Origin: Isurus oxyrinchus
Lineage: Eukaryota
DNA length: 64,000 nt
Assembly (NCBI GenBank): GCA_026770705.1
Contig: JANJGN010000013.1
Location: 58,776,001 to 58,840,000, forward strand
Direction: 5' to 3'
Position 1 is the first letter of the stretch; the number at the start of each line of letters is the position of its first letter. Shown here one piece after another: positions 12,401 to 25,689 of this stretch. The notes under the pieces were generated by a model. It ran no database searches and was not told where the DNA came from. It saw only the letters and a program-made list of their open reading frames with translations. A program made the position numbers and the translations under genes.

Positions 12401-13385
12401 TCCACAGCTATTTATAACCTACGTTAATGACTTAGAGGAAGAGGCAAAGAGTGATGCATCAAAGTTTGCTGATGATACCAAGCTCAGTGGGAAGGTGAGC
12501 TGTGGGGAGGACACAGAAAGGTTGCAAAGAAATATAGACAGGTTAGGTAAGTGGGCAACAAGATGGCAGATGGAATACAATGTAGTGAAGTGTGAAGTTA
12601 TTCACTTTGGTTGAAAGAATAGAAAAACAGAATACTTTTTAAAGTTTTTAAGAGTTGATGTTCAAAGAGACTTGGGTGTGCTTGTACAAGGATTGCAGAA
12701 AATTAGCATGCAGGTGCAGTAAGCAATTAGGAAGGTAAATGGCATGTTAGCCTTCATTGCAATGGGATTGGAGTACAAGAATAAAGAAACCTTGCTACAC
12801 TTGTACAACTTTTTGGTGAGACCACATCTGAAATACTGTGTACAGTTTTGGTCTCCACATTTAAGAAGGAATATGCTTGCAATGGAGGTAGTAAAGTGAA
12901 GGTTCACTAAATTGGTCCCTAGCATGAGGGGGTTGGCTTATGATGAGAGGCTCTGTAAATTGGACTTATATTAAATTGAGTTTAAAATAATGAGAGGCAA
13001 TCTCGTTGATACCTTCAGAATTCTGAAGGGGCTTGTTAGGGTAAACACTGAGAGATTGTTTCCACTGGTCAGGGAGTCTAAAACATGGGAGCACGGTCTC
13101 AGGATAAGGGGCCAATCATTTCAGATTGAGATGAGGAGAAATTACTTCACTCAAAGGATTATGAATCTTGGGAATTCTCTTACCCGAAAAGGTTGTGGAT
13201 CCTCCATTATTGAATACATTTAAGGCTGGGATAGATAGATTGTTGATCTCTCAGGGAATTAAGGGATATGGGGAGCAGACTGAAAAATGGAGTTGAAGCC
13301 CAAGATCAGCCATGATCCTATTGAATGGTGGAGCAGGCTCGATGGACTATGTGGTCTACTCCTGCTTCTATTTCTTGTGTTCTTG
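9490..13385 (+). mobile_element. CR1 LINE (family A), near-complete degenerate ORF2, interrupted by a family B copy
   Basis: 'KLKVLYLNAKSI' EN start at ~9495; EN resumes in ORF 10767-11336; RT 'QHGF..KSCLTNL..VPQGSVLGP..FADD' in ORF 11973-12614; 3' tail to ~13385. Confidence 0.9.
9657..10848 (+). mobile_element. Internally deleted family B element with tRNA-like head
   Basis: A-box-like TGACACGGTGG 9666-9676 and B-box GGTTCAAATCT 9731-9741, then EN and RT fragments homologous to 6750-9285. Confidence 0.8.
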
Positions 13386-14204
13386 TGTCATCACATTAAG
13401 GATTTTCACAGATATCTAACCAGGAAACAAAAGGCAGCAAAATAATTTTTTTTAAGTTTTGCTTTAAAGATCTATTAACTAATCATTTAAGAACTAATTC
13501 CTTTTAACCACATTGCCATCAAAAACCTGGTTACACTTGATTGGGCAATGTATAACTTTTATGGGGTTTCTGCAACAATGTTAGAGCAGGAAAGTTGACT
13601 CACTGACTTCAATGGTGGACTGCCCTGATGGTGTTTGGAGGGAAAGAAGTGGAGGGGACACTGTGAAGCAGTGATGGAGTACCATTTGGCAGCCCTGGTC
13701 TGTGCATGCTCAAATTTGTGTCAGTTCCAGAGGCTACTGGTTGTCAGCACTGACAATTTCCTTTCAATCACCAGTGCTGTCACCACAACCCCACCCCACC
13801 ACCCACAAAATCTATGCTGTAAAATGGGATGAAGGTCCTCAAATCAGCACTATTCAAAGGGATCATGAGCTGCGTAGAAGTTTGTTAGACTATTTCTTCT
13901 AGCTGTCAGTGAAGTTGCATATGATTTTGGAACTTTCTTGCACTTGACTAACATTTGAGTTGTCAACAGGGAGCAGTGTGGCTTTTGCAGAACTGCGTTT
14001 CTGCTCATTAAAAAGCTTCTGCCGCATCATTTTTTTTCCAGTGCTGGGTGGTCTAGTAGAACTTCCTCTGGGAATTGGGAGTAAGTGGGAGGATGCAGAG
14101 CAGGGCAAGCTACTACAAGAGGAAAGGGAAAAAGAGGAAAAAGGGCTCTCAGCAGTGGCTATGTCCACTGATCATCCTTAGGTAACAATTCTTAGGTAAC
14201 AAGA

Positions 14205-14770
14205 GTGAATGAGTGAAAGGGTGGATGAAGTGAGTGGATGGGTAGGTGTGTAAGTGAGAGTAGGTGTGTAAGTGATGAGGTTGGTGAAGTAGGAAGGTGT
14301 GTGAGTGGGTAGGTGGGTAGATGAGTGAGGTGAGTATATGGGTGAGGTGGTTGGGATGGATAGGTGGGTGAGGTCAGCAGGGTGGGTAGATGGATGAGGT
14401 GGTGAAGTGGGTAGGTGGGTGAAGAGGTAGATGGATAGGTGGATGGTTGAGTAGGTGGTTGGGTTGTGTGGTAGTAAGGTCAGGGCAGGGGTATGAGGAT
14501 GGTTGGATGGTAGTTAGGTTGGATCAGGGGTAGCCAGGTGGTCAGGGGGTAGTTGCATCGTGTCCAAGGGGTAGCTGGGTGTTTGAGGGTTGTTTATTGG
14601 TCGGGGGTAATCGGGCCGGATCAGGGGGTAGTTTAGTGGTTGGAGAGGTAGCAAGGTGGTTGGGAGGTAGTTGGGTCAGGTCTGGGGTGTAGCCAGATGG
14701 TCGGGGGTAGTCAGGTCGGGTTGTGCGGCAGTCAGTAGTGGGGGTTCAGGGGTGGATTGGGGGAGTCAGT
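14205..14770 (+). repeat. G/T-rich degenerate minisatellite (GGTAGGTGG-like units)
   Basis: Dense GG/GGG runs and very few C on the plus strand over ~560 bp. Confidence 0.8.
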
Positions 14771-14849
14771 TTTGGAGTTACCCAGTTGTTAAACCAGGTT
14801 TTAATTTGTCTAACATTTCCAGGGTAACTTTCTAGGTAATACCTCAGGA

Positions 14850-16765
14850 CCAAAGGACTCTTTGAATGATAAGGGAGATGATATGAGGAAAGATAAAAAG
14901 GGTGCATGATGCATGTTAGATTAATTCTTCAAGAAAAGAAACAGGCCAAATGCAGTAAATTGAGAGGGGAAGTGAAGAGGAAAATAAGACTGGCATAGAG
15001 AGAATAAAAGAAGAAAATGGCAGCAACATTAAAGGGAATCCAAAAATCTTCTATGAGCATATAAATAATAAATGGGTGGAAAGAGGTAGGGTGTGTCCCA
15101 TTAGGGATAAAGAGGGTGATATAGGCTTTGAAGCACAGGGCACGGCAGTACTCTGCATTGGTGTTTACTAAGGTAGAGGATGTTGACAAAATATCAATAG
15201 AAGTGGAGATGTTAGAGGTACTGAATGGGGTGAAAAATGATATGAAGAATATACAGCAAAGGCTGGCTATGCTTAGAGTAGAAAAGTGACCTGGTCTGGA
15301 TGGCTTGTGGAAGTGGAGAATGGAAGAGCTTGCTGTAATATTCCAATCCCTAAATATGGGGAGGTGCAGAGGGTTGGAGAGTGGTAAGTGTGGCATCCTT
15401 ATTCAAGAAAGAGTGCAAAGACATTCCTAGTAACTACACAATGAGTAAGGCTTTAGAAAAAATAATTAAGAAAATATCAACATTGGAAAAGATTGAGTTT
15501 ATTAAGGACAGTCAGCATGGATTTGTAAAGGCAGATCATGCTTAACTAATTTAAAGACGTAACAGAGAATGTTGATGATGGGAATGCAGTGGATGTTGTC
15601 TACATGGATTTTAAGAAAGTGTTTGACAAAGTACCATATTTAACTGGTTAACAAAATGAAGGATCATGGAAGAGGAAGGTCACTGTTAGCTTAGATAAAA
15701 AATTTGCTTACAGCAAGTCTAGTAAATTGTTGTTTTTCAGACTGGAGGATGGTAGACAGGGGTGCTCCCCAAGAGTCAGTTCTAGGACCATTGCTTTTTT
15801 AATGATTCTGTATGTGACTTTGATATTGGGATATAGAATAAAATTTCAAAATTAGCAAATTTGAAGCTGTGACAGATATTAAAGATGATACCAACCAACT
15901 ACAACAGGACATAAATAATCTATCAGAATGGGCAGACAAGTAGCAGATGGAATTTAATGTGGAGAATTGTGAGTTGATGCATTTTGGAAGAGAGGATAGG
16001 GAGAGGCAATACATACTTAATGGTACAGTTCTAAAGAGTGTGCCGGGACAGAGGAACCGGGGATCCATGGGCATCTGTCTCTGAAGTTGGCAGGACATAT
16101 TGAGAGAGTAGTTTGCAAAGCACCTGGGATTTGGGCTTCATAAATAGAGGTATTGAGTACAAAAGCAGGGAATTTAAGTTGAACCTTTATAAAGCTCTGG
16201 TTATGCCACAACTAGAGTATTGCATCCAGTTCTGATCATCACATTTTTAGCAATGATGTTGAGATTTGAGAGCATCCAGAGGAGATTTATCAGAATGGTT
16301 TCAAGAATGCTGGGTGGGGTGGGGGTTTGCGGGGTGGGGAGGGGTTAATTACAAGGTTAGGTTGGAGAAGCTGAGGTTGTTCTCTTGTTCTCCAAGGAGA
16401 TTGAGAGGACATTTGATGGAGGCGTACAACATTAGGACAGGTGGAGATAAAAAAGACAAAGAAAAGCTGTTCCCATTAGTTGATACCACAAGGCAATGGG
16501 ACACAGGTTTAAAGTTTTGGCCAAATGATGCAGGGGAATGTGAGGAAGTACCTTTTTATACAGCAACTGGTAATGCGCTGTGAGGGTGGGGGGAGCAGAG
16601 ACAATGAGTAACTTTGAAAGGAAATTGGATGGGCACTTGAAGGAAATATACTTGTAGAAATAAAGGGATAGAGCGGGCAAATTGGACTAATTGGATTGTT
16701 CTATCGAAAGCCCTAATGGCCTTGATAAGCCAAATGGCCTCCTTCTTTGCTGTAATGACTCTATA
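14850..16765 (+). mobile_element. Old CR1 LINE fragment (family A)
   Basis: Degenerate 'cagcatggatttgt', 'tacatggattttaagaaag', 'ccccaagagtcagttctagg' RT motifs and CR1 3' tail. Confidence 0.8.
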
Positions 16766-17150
16766 ACTTTGACTCTAGTAATTTGGCTGCAGAAGCTTAT
16801 GCAAAAATGTAACCTCCCCCTCTCCCTACATAAAAATGCAGGAGCTCATATGCAATCAAAGACAAGTTCCTCCAGAAGGAAAAAGTAAAACCTCTTCATA
16901 TGCACAAATGCCCACACAGAAAGAAGAGGACAACACATATTAATTCCTTTCCTTCCCAACACTATAGCCCTACTATTCTCCCTTGCCTTTCTTCAGTACA
17001 AAATATTTATTCATCTTGGCCTTGGAAAGTTCGTATTGTTACAAACTGTGATGGGAGGAATGCACAGTTAATTCCAGCTCCACTTCTCCACAGGTTGCAA
17101 CAGTAGTTTAAATGTTTAATTCACTCACAAAACTGGCCAATTATTACCAT

Positions 17151-18184
17151 TGATACTGTTTTCCCCAGCGTTGAAAGACTCTAACTAGGCTTCTTTCAGT
17201 AAACACAAATAACATTGATTTATTATGAAACAAACTTCTTTTTAAAAAACAAGTCAATAAACTGGATAACATACAAGTTGTAGTTTAGAAGTATAATAAT
17301 TTTCCTCTCTATAATAAAAGATATTCGAACCCCCATACACTCACGCACAAATACAAAATAGAACAAAACAAACACAGTACCCTGCAGAGGCTGAAGGATA
17401 GGAACGCTTCTTTTCAAAGGGTAAAATTCAAAAAGATCTTGATGCCGTTGATTTAACAGAATTCTGATCACAATAGATCCGGAAGTTCTTTCAGACAGAT
17501 TCTTTTTGTTGAAACTGTCCATGATGACTTTTACTTTGCAAACTCTCAAAAAACAGATGAGCTATCCCGATGAGATGTTTCTGAGGAAAGTTAACACAAA
17601 GATGGGGCAGAGAGAGGGAAAAACAGAGCCTTTTTCTTGCAGCCTGCTTCTAAGGCATCCCTACACTCACTCTGCCTGAGAGTTTTAGAGACTAAAATGT
17701 TCAAAAATACTTATCTTAGGCCAGTTATTTTTAACCAATTAGCTAGAATCTTTAGCCTGGCAACAGCAGTTCTTTGTTAACTTAGATGTACATAGTATCT
17801 TGTTTCTCTCCAGATATTCTCCACTGGGCATCTATCTTGACCCGTGGTTTCTGGAAAATGACATTTTCACAGCCCAGAATTTATATTGCAAACTTTTAAA
17901 AATAAGTCACGAGGATGAATGTCCAAAATTCAATGTCCTTCAAATTTTGATCAGTATTGATCTGTTCACCTGAACTAAAAGGGGGCCCAACTTTTTTTGT
18001 CTGAAAAACAAGCTTGGAAAGGACTTAATATTCTCATCTACACCCAGATCTCACAACAGTAACTAACTAGATTCCTGTTTATAAAGTAAGATATATTGAA
18101 AAATAATTTGAAAAGTTAAATATTCTTGTAGAGCAGTTTTATTTTCCATATATTAATCTTGAAATTTTTGAATTGTGCGCGACA
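17151..18184 (-). mobile_element. Probable solo LTR
   Basis: TG...CA ends, minus-strand AATAAA near 17219, LTR-like composition; no exact TSD. Confidence 0.35.
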
Positions 18185-18235
18185 CATGTTACACTGAAAC
18201 CAAGAACATAAACATTTCCAAGGTCAATTGCATTC

Positions 18236-18570
18236 CACTATAACCTCATCAGTCTGGAATGTTTGGGACCAAGTTATTTCTGGATTTTGGGATTTTTTGG
18301 ATTATAGAATAACATAAGAATGTCTAACCACAAGTGTGTGGATTGGAAAACATCCTAGACATAAATATTCACCTGAAACATAGAACAGTGATAAAACATT
18401 ATAAAGCAATAATAGAAAATGCTTTATTCATCCAAATGCTGTATCTTCCATGTTTCTGCTCTCAAAGTACTGTGCTAAAATGATGCGGTGAGTTGCTTGG
18501 GTCCGCTCAAAGGTTTTCAGACAACTGGTGTTTCTGAACAATAGATTTCTGGAATGGACAGGTTACAGTG
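18236..18570. mobile_element. Tc1/mariner-pogo-type MITE
   Basis: Imperfect terminal inverted repeats CACTATAACCT / AGGTTACAGTG, TA on the right flank. Confidence 0.5.
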
Positions 18571-19135
18571 TATTAAAACATTAACCTTGAGCTGTTACAA
18601 TGACCCGCCACTAAGTGGTGCTGGTTGATATGCCCTGCAAAAAATGATTTAAATGTTTCCTGGGAAAATGTTTTGGCAACCATTTGTTCTTAATAACTAA
18701 AACTTTTATTGTCTAAAAATTATTTAAAGTTAAATTTAAAAAATATAAAGTTACATATTTCTCATTAACATGACTACATTAATCATTTGAATAGCATTTT
18801 AATGCCCTCTTTGAAGTGGCTTGAAAACCAGACCCAATTGTCTATCCATGGTGAGGACAGCTTCTCCCAGAGCTTCTCCCATGTGCAGTGTGTCAAATTA
18901 ACCAAGATGCATCAATAATATTTAATCAGCTGAACTGCCTAATTTCATTTCTAGCTGGTTCTGTTCAACTGTTTTACAAAATCTTGGGAAAAAGAATCTA
19001 ACAGGATCAAAACATTTATGTAGTATCATTCAAAGTTTTCAAAATAGACAAGGGGCTGGATTTTGGTGCAGCAGGGGAAGTGTTGGTTTGACGATGAACT
19101 ATCAGCTTTCGCCCTCTTTTCCCTTCTGAAACAGA

Positions 19136-19505
19136 GGGGAGGATTTTCCCCCCATTGGGCAGGCTCAGCGGGGGCAGTCGGGAAGCCAACCCCCACCCAG
19201 TTGCTGTTGGAAACATCATCCTGCCCATGGATGGGGTTTCCTAAAAAATGCAAAGGCTGAATGACCCTTTCACCTGCCCGCCAACCATAAGGCTGAGTGG
19301 GCAGCGAAACATTTCTTTTAATTACCTTTTTAATGGCCTTAATAGGCCTTTCAATTGTCAGCGGGCGTGCTGCCAACTCCAGCATGCGCCCACCTACTGA
19401 AATATCATGCAAGTGCACAATGATGTCGGGATGCTCGCGCAGTGTATCATTTTCTGCTCGGTCATGTCGGGCATGTGCCCACTCGCCGAGCTAAAAACTC
19501 CCCCC
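19136..19505. mobile_element. GC-rich MITE, possibly PIF/Harbinger-derived
   Basis: Imperfect TIRs GGGGAGGATTTT / AAAAACTCCCCCC, flanked by AGA on both sides. Confidence 0.55.
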
Positions 19506-19599
19506 AGAGTGTAGAAATCCTAAAGTTGCAGTGTGGCATTGGGTACTCTGCCAGAAACTGCACTATGAGCACCATATACCCGCAGCTCCATAATTTGAC

Positions 19600-21090
19600 A
19601 CGACACCATCTCTTCCTCAAATTATCTGTTGTTGAAATCTTCATCCATGCCCTTGTTGCATCTAGACTGGAAAACATAATAATTCTCATAATATTATTGT
19701 GGTTTATTGTAAAAGTAGGTTAATAGTGGGGTTTGGATAGTTTCTGTGTGTGTATGCGGGGGTGTAATTGAATAGGAGACAGCTGGTCTGGAGGCTTTGA
19801 TTCATCAAATGGAGCTAGGTTTGAAATGCTAAATACATAAACATGGCTGAAGTTTTAGAATGTGAGTGGAGGAGAATTTGCATTTTTAGATAAATCAGGA
19901 CAGTTTGAATTTCTAAGAGATGGAGGAGGTTACACCTAGACAGAGAAGCTAGGCCAAGCAGTGTGTTTATTTTTGCCAAAGATTACTGATAATGAAAAGA
20001 TTTATATTATGAAGAAGTGAAGTTCCAAAGACATATGGGGACAATGGAATTTACATTAAAAGGGAGAACCAGGTATAAAGGAGAAATGAGGCTACGTGTC
20101 AGGGAAAGCATTCTAAGATCTACCAGAAGTGTGAAAAGCCTCCAGCATTTGTGCATTAAGCCTGCTGTCTACAAAAATAAAAGCTGGGAAAAGCCACTTT
20201 GAATTCTACCATCTAGGTATTGTGTTGATTTGTCTGGATCTGTTTAAATCTATTTTGTACTGTTGCCTTAGCAGGGGTGCAAATGGAAGCCAGATTAATT
20301 AGGGGCTTTAGGAGTTATTAAAGTAGTAATTTGTAGATCTATATATGTGCTTGAAATCTTTTATTTTGTTAATAAATGTTTAAGTTAGTTTTCTAAAAAA
20401 TATCTCTAAAGTCTTGATGAACCTATTATGACTGAATTCAGGGCATGCATCTCAAAATAAAAATACAAATTGCAAAACTGTTGTGACCGTGTGATTAAGT
20501 TTCCCTCGTAGGTTGGATCCACCTGGCACACATCATCCGCCGCGTCATAAAAATATCACAAAAATTCCTGACCAACCTCACATTCTGTCCTTTACTAAAT
20601 TGAGGTCATCCAAATCTCTGCTGCCTATATCTTAAATCACATCAACCCTGTACTTGATAACTTCTATTTTCTCCCGGTTAAGCAATGCCTCAATTTTATA
20701 ATTCTCATCCTTGTTTTAAAATCTCCCCATGGCCTCATCCTCCCTACGTACTTAATTTACAGACCTACAACCCTCCAAAATACCCATGGTCTTCCAAATT
20801 CTGGTCCCTTGAGTATTCACAATTTTGACCACTCCATTATTGGTGGTTGTTCCTTCAGCTGCAAAGGCCCTAAGCTCAGGAATTTCCTCCCTAAACCTCT
20901 CCGCCCCTCTACCTCTCCACCTTTGAGATGCTGCTTAAAACCAACCTCCTTGACCAAGCTTTAGGTCACCTGTTCCACCATCTCCTTCTGTGTGTCTGTG
21001 TCAAATTTTGTTTGAGGATGCCGTTATGAAGAACATTGGGACATTTTACTACAGTAAAGGTACTATTTAAATGCAAGTTGTTGTTGTTAT
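19600..21090 (+). mobile_element. L2-like LINE 3' end, interrupted by an LTR-like insert
   Basis: 'catccatgcccttgttgcatctagact' resumes after 20550 with 'catccaaatctctgctgcc'; ends in a (TTG)n tail at ~21080-21090; homologous to 61810-62290. Confidence 0.7.
19690..20550 (+). mobile_element. Probable solo LTR nested in L2
   Basis: Splits a contiguous L2 sequence; AATAAA at 20371; ends 'gcgtcataa'; termini degenerate. Confidence 0.5.
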
Positions 21091-21144
21091 AATTATATCA
21101 CCTTTCTTTTTTGTTTGTTAGAAAATGCAAGCGTAATATCTTTC

Positions 21145-24100
21145 TATTCTGTCACGGGATATGAGTATCACTGGCTAGATCAGCATTTATTGCCCTGCCC
21201 TAATTGCCCTTGAGAAAGTGGTGCAGACCGCCTTCTTGAACCACTGCAGTCTATTTAGTGTAGACACACTCACAGTGCTGTTAGGAAGGGAATTCCAAGA
21301 ATTTCATCCAGTGACATTGAAGCAAGGGTGATTATAGTTCCAAGTCAGGATGATGTTGGGCTTGGAGGGGAAGTGGTGTTCCGATGCATCCACTGACCTT
21401 GTCCTTCTCTAGTGGGTAGAGATCAAGTGTTTAAAAGTTGCTGTACCAGGAACCATGGCATGTTGTGGATGGTACACACTGCTTCCACTGTGTGTCTGTA
21501 GTGGAGGGAGTAAATGCTTAAGATGGTGTATGGGGTGCCAGTCAAGTGGGCTGTCTTGTTCTAGATCATGTCAAGCTTCTCATTCAGGCAAGTGGAGAGT
21601 ATTCAATCACACTCCTGACTTGTGCCTTGTAGATGCTGAACAGGTTTTGGGGAGTCAGGAAATAAGTTACTCTCTGCAGGATTCCTAGCCTCTGACCTAC
21701 TCTTGTAGCCACAACATTCAGCAGGGCTAGTCTAGTTCAGTTTCTGGTCAATGTTAACCCCCAGGAATTGATAGTGGGGGATTCAGTGATAGTAATGCCA
21801 TTGAACATCAAGGGGAGCTTGTTAAATTCTGTGGTTTTTTTTTTGGATGGCACTTGTGTGGCACAAATATTACTTACCACTTATCAGCTGAAGCCTGAAC
21901 TTTGTTCAGGCTTTGTGCCACATGGACACGGAATGATTCAGGATCTTGTAGGCCTGAAGCCTGCAGCCACTAAATTTTGCAATTTTATAGTTTTGCATTT
22001 TATTCCTGCTTTGCTCTTGATTTTAAGAGAACCCACATTATGCCCATATTGAAGATTCGTAAGTTATTTTGTAGACCTTGATTTAAAACTAATTGCAACT
22101 GTGCTTTAAGTCAAATAATTAATCAATATTAATCATTAACTGTGAATTTGTTTTCCCCAAGGCTTTGTTTCTCATGCTGGCCACGTTCACAGCTGTTATT
22201 TCATCTTTAAAACATTGTTTTCCTTTTCAGGTTACACTTACTAAAATAAAAGTTGCTATTGTTTAACAAAAATCAGTTTCTCACTGCATTTGATTACCCT
22301 TGAACTACAAGCCAAGACAGTGGATAATCTTACACAAGGGGTGCTTAACAATGGTGTGGAATCAGGCAATGGTGTTTGACTGATGGACAGTATAACCTTG
22401 ATGGTAGATGGGAGACACCATCAAAAGATGCATAAACAACTCCAAAATTGCAAAGTCTGTGAGCCATGCAGTGCCTGTGAGAAGAATTTGATAAGGGCTC
22501 ATGTTTACCAGGCTCTTTTTTTGAGAAAGCCTCGAAAGGCTGGAATGGGCCAAGAAGTGGACTTAGAGGAGCACAGCATCCAACGTTCAGGGCTGCAGCT
22601 GGAATGGATTAGTCAACCACTCAAGACTACAGGAGGAAGGGTCATTGATGGAGTGACTGACTGAAGTGTCCACCCCACTGCAAGGCTATCCAGAGACTAT
22701 GAACCAAGAGGAGTTTTACCATTTTGGGGAGCTGCCTTGAACAGACCAATTTGGGCTTACCATTTGTAACATAGTATTTACTTGTATGTATTTGTAAAAA
22801 ATGTAAGTCTTTCCTCCTTTCTTGTAATATTTATATATTTTTTCTTTCTTTATTTTATTGAAGTTACCTTTGTTTCACTTCTTTTAATCAGAATAATTGT
22901 TTAATAAAGGTTGTTGTTTTTACATATTGTTGGATATTGAGCCACACATTCCTGTTATGCCCAGAGTACGGCTCTTAACCTAACTGAGACTCTGCAAGGC
23001 CAGTACAATCTGCAGGTCATGAATGGTACTGAACACTGATCAGTGACCATCCCTGCTCTGACCTTATGATGGAGGGAAGTCAGCTGAAGATGGTTGGGCC
23101 TAGGACCCTACACTGAGGAACTCCTGCAGCATTGTCTTGCAACTGAGATGATTGGTCTCCAACAACCACAATTATCTTCCTTTAGCTAGGTATGACTCCA
23201 ACCAGTGGAGAGATTTCCCCCTGATTCCCATTGACTCCAGTAATGCTCGGCCACACTCAGTCAAATGCTGACTTGATGTCACGGGCAGTCACTCTCACCT
23301 CACCTCTGGAGTTCAGCTGTTTTGTCCATGTTTGGGCCAAGCCTGTAATAAGGTCAAGAGCCAAATAGCCCTAGCAGGACCCAAACTGAGCATCAGCGAG
23401 CAGGTTATTGCTGTGTAATTGGTGCTTGTTAGCACTGTCGACAACAACTTCCATCACTTTCCCGATGATCAAGACTAGACTGGAGGCTCGTAATTGGCTG
23501 GATTGGATTTGTCCTGCTATTTGTGGACAGGGTATACTTGGACAATTTTCCATGTTGTTGGGTAGATGCCTGTGTAGTTTCTGTACTGGAGCAGCTTAGC
23601 CAGGAATACAGCTAGTTCTGAAATACAAGCCTTCAGTGCTATTGCTGGGGTGTTGTCAATGTCCATAGACTTTGTCGTTATCCAGTGCCTTTAGAAATTT
23701 CTTGATATCATGTGGAGTGAATCAAATTTGTTGAGGATTGGCATCTGTGATGCTGGGGGCCTCCGGAGGAGGCCGAGATGGATCATCCATTTGGCATTCT
23801 GACTGAGGATTGTTGTAAATGCTTCAACCTTATCCTTTGCACTGATGTGCTGGGCTCCCCCATCACTGAGGAAGGGGATATTTGTGGAGCCCCCTCCTCC
23901 TATTAGTTGCTTAATTGTCCACCATCATTCACAACTGGATGTGGCAGGACTGCAGAGCGTAGATCTGATCCATTGGTTGCGGGGTCACTTAGTCTGTCTA
24001 TCACTTGCTGCTTCCTCTGTTTGGCATTCAAGTTGTCCTGTGTTATAGCTTCACAGGTTGACACCTCATTTTTAGGAATGTCTGGTGCTGCTCCTGGCGT

Positions 24101-24805
24101 CCACCCCTGCACTCTTCATTGAACCAGGGTTGATTCCTTGGCTTGATGGTAATGGTAGAATGAGGGATATGTGAGGTATCAGGTTACAGGTTGTGGTTGA
24201 ATAAAATTCTTCTGCTAATGATGCACATCACCTTATGCATGCCTAATTTTGAGCTGCTAGATCTATTCAGAATCTACCCCTTTTAGCACGGAGGTAGTGC
24301 CACACAACACGATGGATGATACCCTCGGTGCGAAGATGGGACTTCACGTTCACAAGGACTGTGCAGTTATCACTCCTACCAATGCTGTCATGGAGAAATG
24401 AATCTGTGGCAGGAAGATTTGTGAGGATGAGGTCAAGTATGTTTCTTCCTCTTGCTGGTCCCCTCACCACTTGCTGCATGCCCAGTCTTGCAGCAAAGTC
24501 GTTCAGGGCTAGGTTAGTAGTGGTGCTATTAGCCACTGTTGGTGATGGTAGTTTGAAGTTCCCCTCCCAGAATACATTCTGTGCCCTTGCTATCCTCAGC
24601 GCTTCAACCAAGTGATGTTCAACATGAAAGATTACTGATTCATCAGCTGAGGGAGAGCAGTAGCTGGTAATCAGCAGGGGGTTTCCTTGCCCATGATTGA
24701 CATGATGTCTTGAGACTTCATGGGGTTGGGAGCCAATGCTGAGAACTCTCAGGGCAGATCCCTCCTGACTATAAACCACTGTGCCGTCGCCTCTGCTGGG
24801 ATCTA
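21145..24805 (-). mobile_element. CR1-group LINE (family B), interrupted by a solo LTR
   Basis: ORF 24267-24881 is an EN domain ('NILDLILTNLP...GRSD'); homologous to 6750-9285; sequence is continuous across 21947-23007. Confidence 0.88.
21947..23007 (+). mobile_element. Solo LTR with 4-bp TSD
   Basis: TGTAGGCC...GGCCAGTACA termini; ATCT duplicated at 21943-21946 and 23008-23011; AATAAA at ~22903. Confidence 0.85.
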
Positions 24806-24819
24806 GAAAGGCATAGGAG

Positions 24820-25160
24820 ATCAGAAAGGAATGACAGAATGTAAACAGGTTGAAAATAAGCATGGGCGAATCTCTGATCAATTATCATCCATTTTTGTGA
24901 CAAAAAGCTGGAAGTATAGATGGAGAGTTAAGGGTGAAGTGAAAACTAGCCGAGTTAATGAGGGAGAGGGTATAGAGGGAAAGTGGACAGCTGACAGTGG
25001 AAGCAGATTGGATGATGTGCTAAGTGGTAAGAAGGGATATGGAATGTGGGTTGCTAAAGGCACTAGGGACATGATTGGATTAAGGAGTTCATTAAATATA
25101 AGAAATTGCTGATAGAAACTGTTGCTAAATGATGTAGGCCAGACTTTCCACGTAATCACC
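24820..25160 (-). mobile_element. L2-like ORF2 remnant
   Basis: ORF 24878-25162 ending 'FQLFVTKMDD' resembles the pre-RT F-F-x-x-K-I region; weak. Confidence 0.35.
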
Positions 25161-25689
25161 ACTGGAAATTTTAGGCTTCAGCCCTTGGTGAATCGAATTC
25201 CTTCCCAACTCCAACCCACATCCCCATACCTGAAAGGAGAATAAGTAAAGCAGAAAAAAAGATATGAGAGAAGCCAAAGGGGCTGGACATAGGGGTACAA
25301 AAATGGTAATGAAGGAGTTAAAAGCAGAGAAGAGAAAAGTACCCCAGCAGCAAAAAGAGAGTTACAGGGAAGAATTGGAGGTAGAGACAATAAATAAAGT
25401 CTGGTCTGTGTTGTCCATATCCCAAGAACAAATAATGCAAAACAGTGACACAAAGACAACGGAAAAGGACAAAAAGACCATATTTTCCAAATCCTCATGA
25501 AATCCATTAGGGTTTATGTAAAATCCAAACATTGACAATATTTAAATGTTCTGAGTACATCAAAACAGCCTCACCCCTAAACTATTGCAATAATTGGGCA
25601 ACACTTCAGGGGCAACTGTACAGCTGAAGGTGACATCTGTTATTCTTGGTCCTTCCACAGGATGGAGCCATTAGCACTTAAAACAATCA

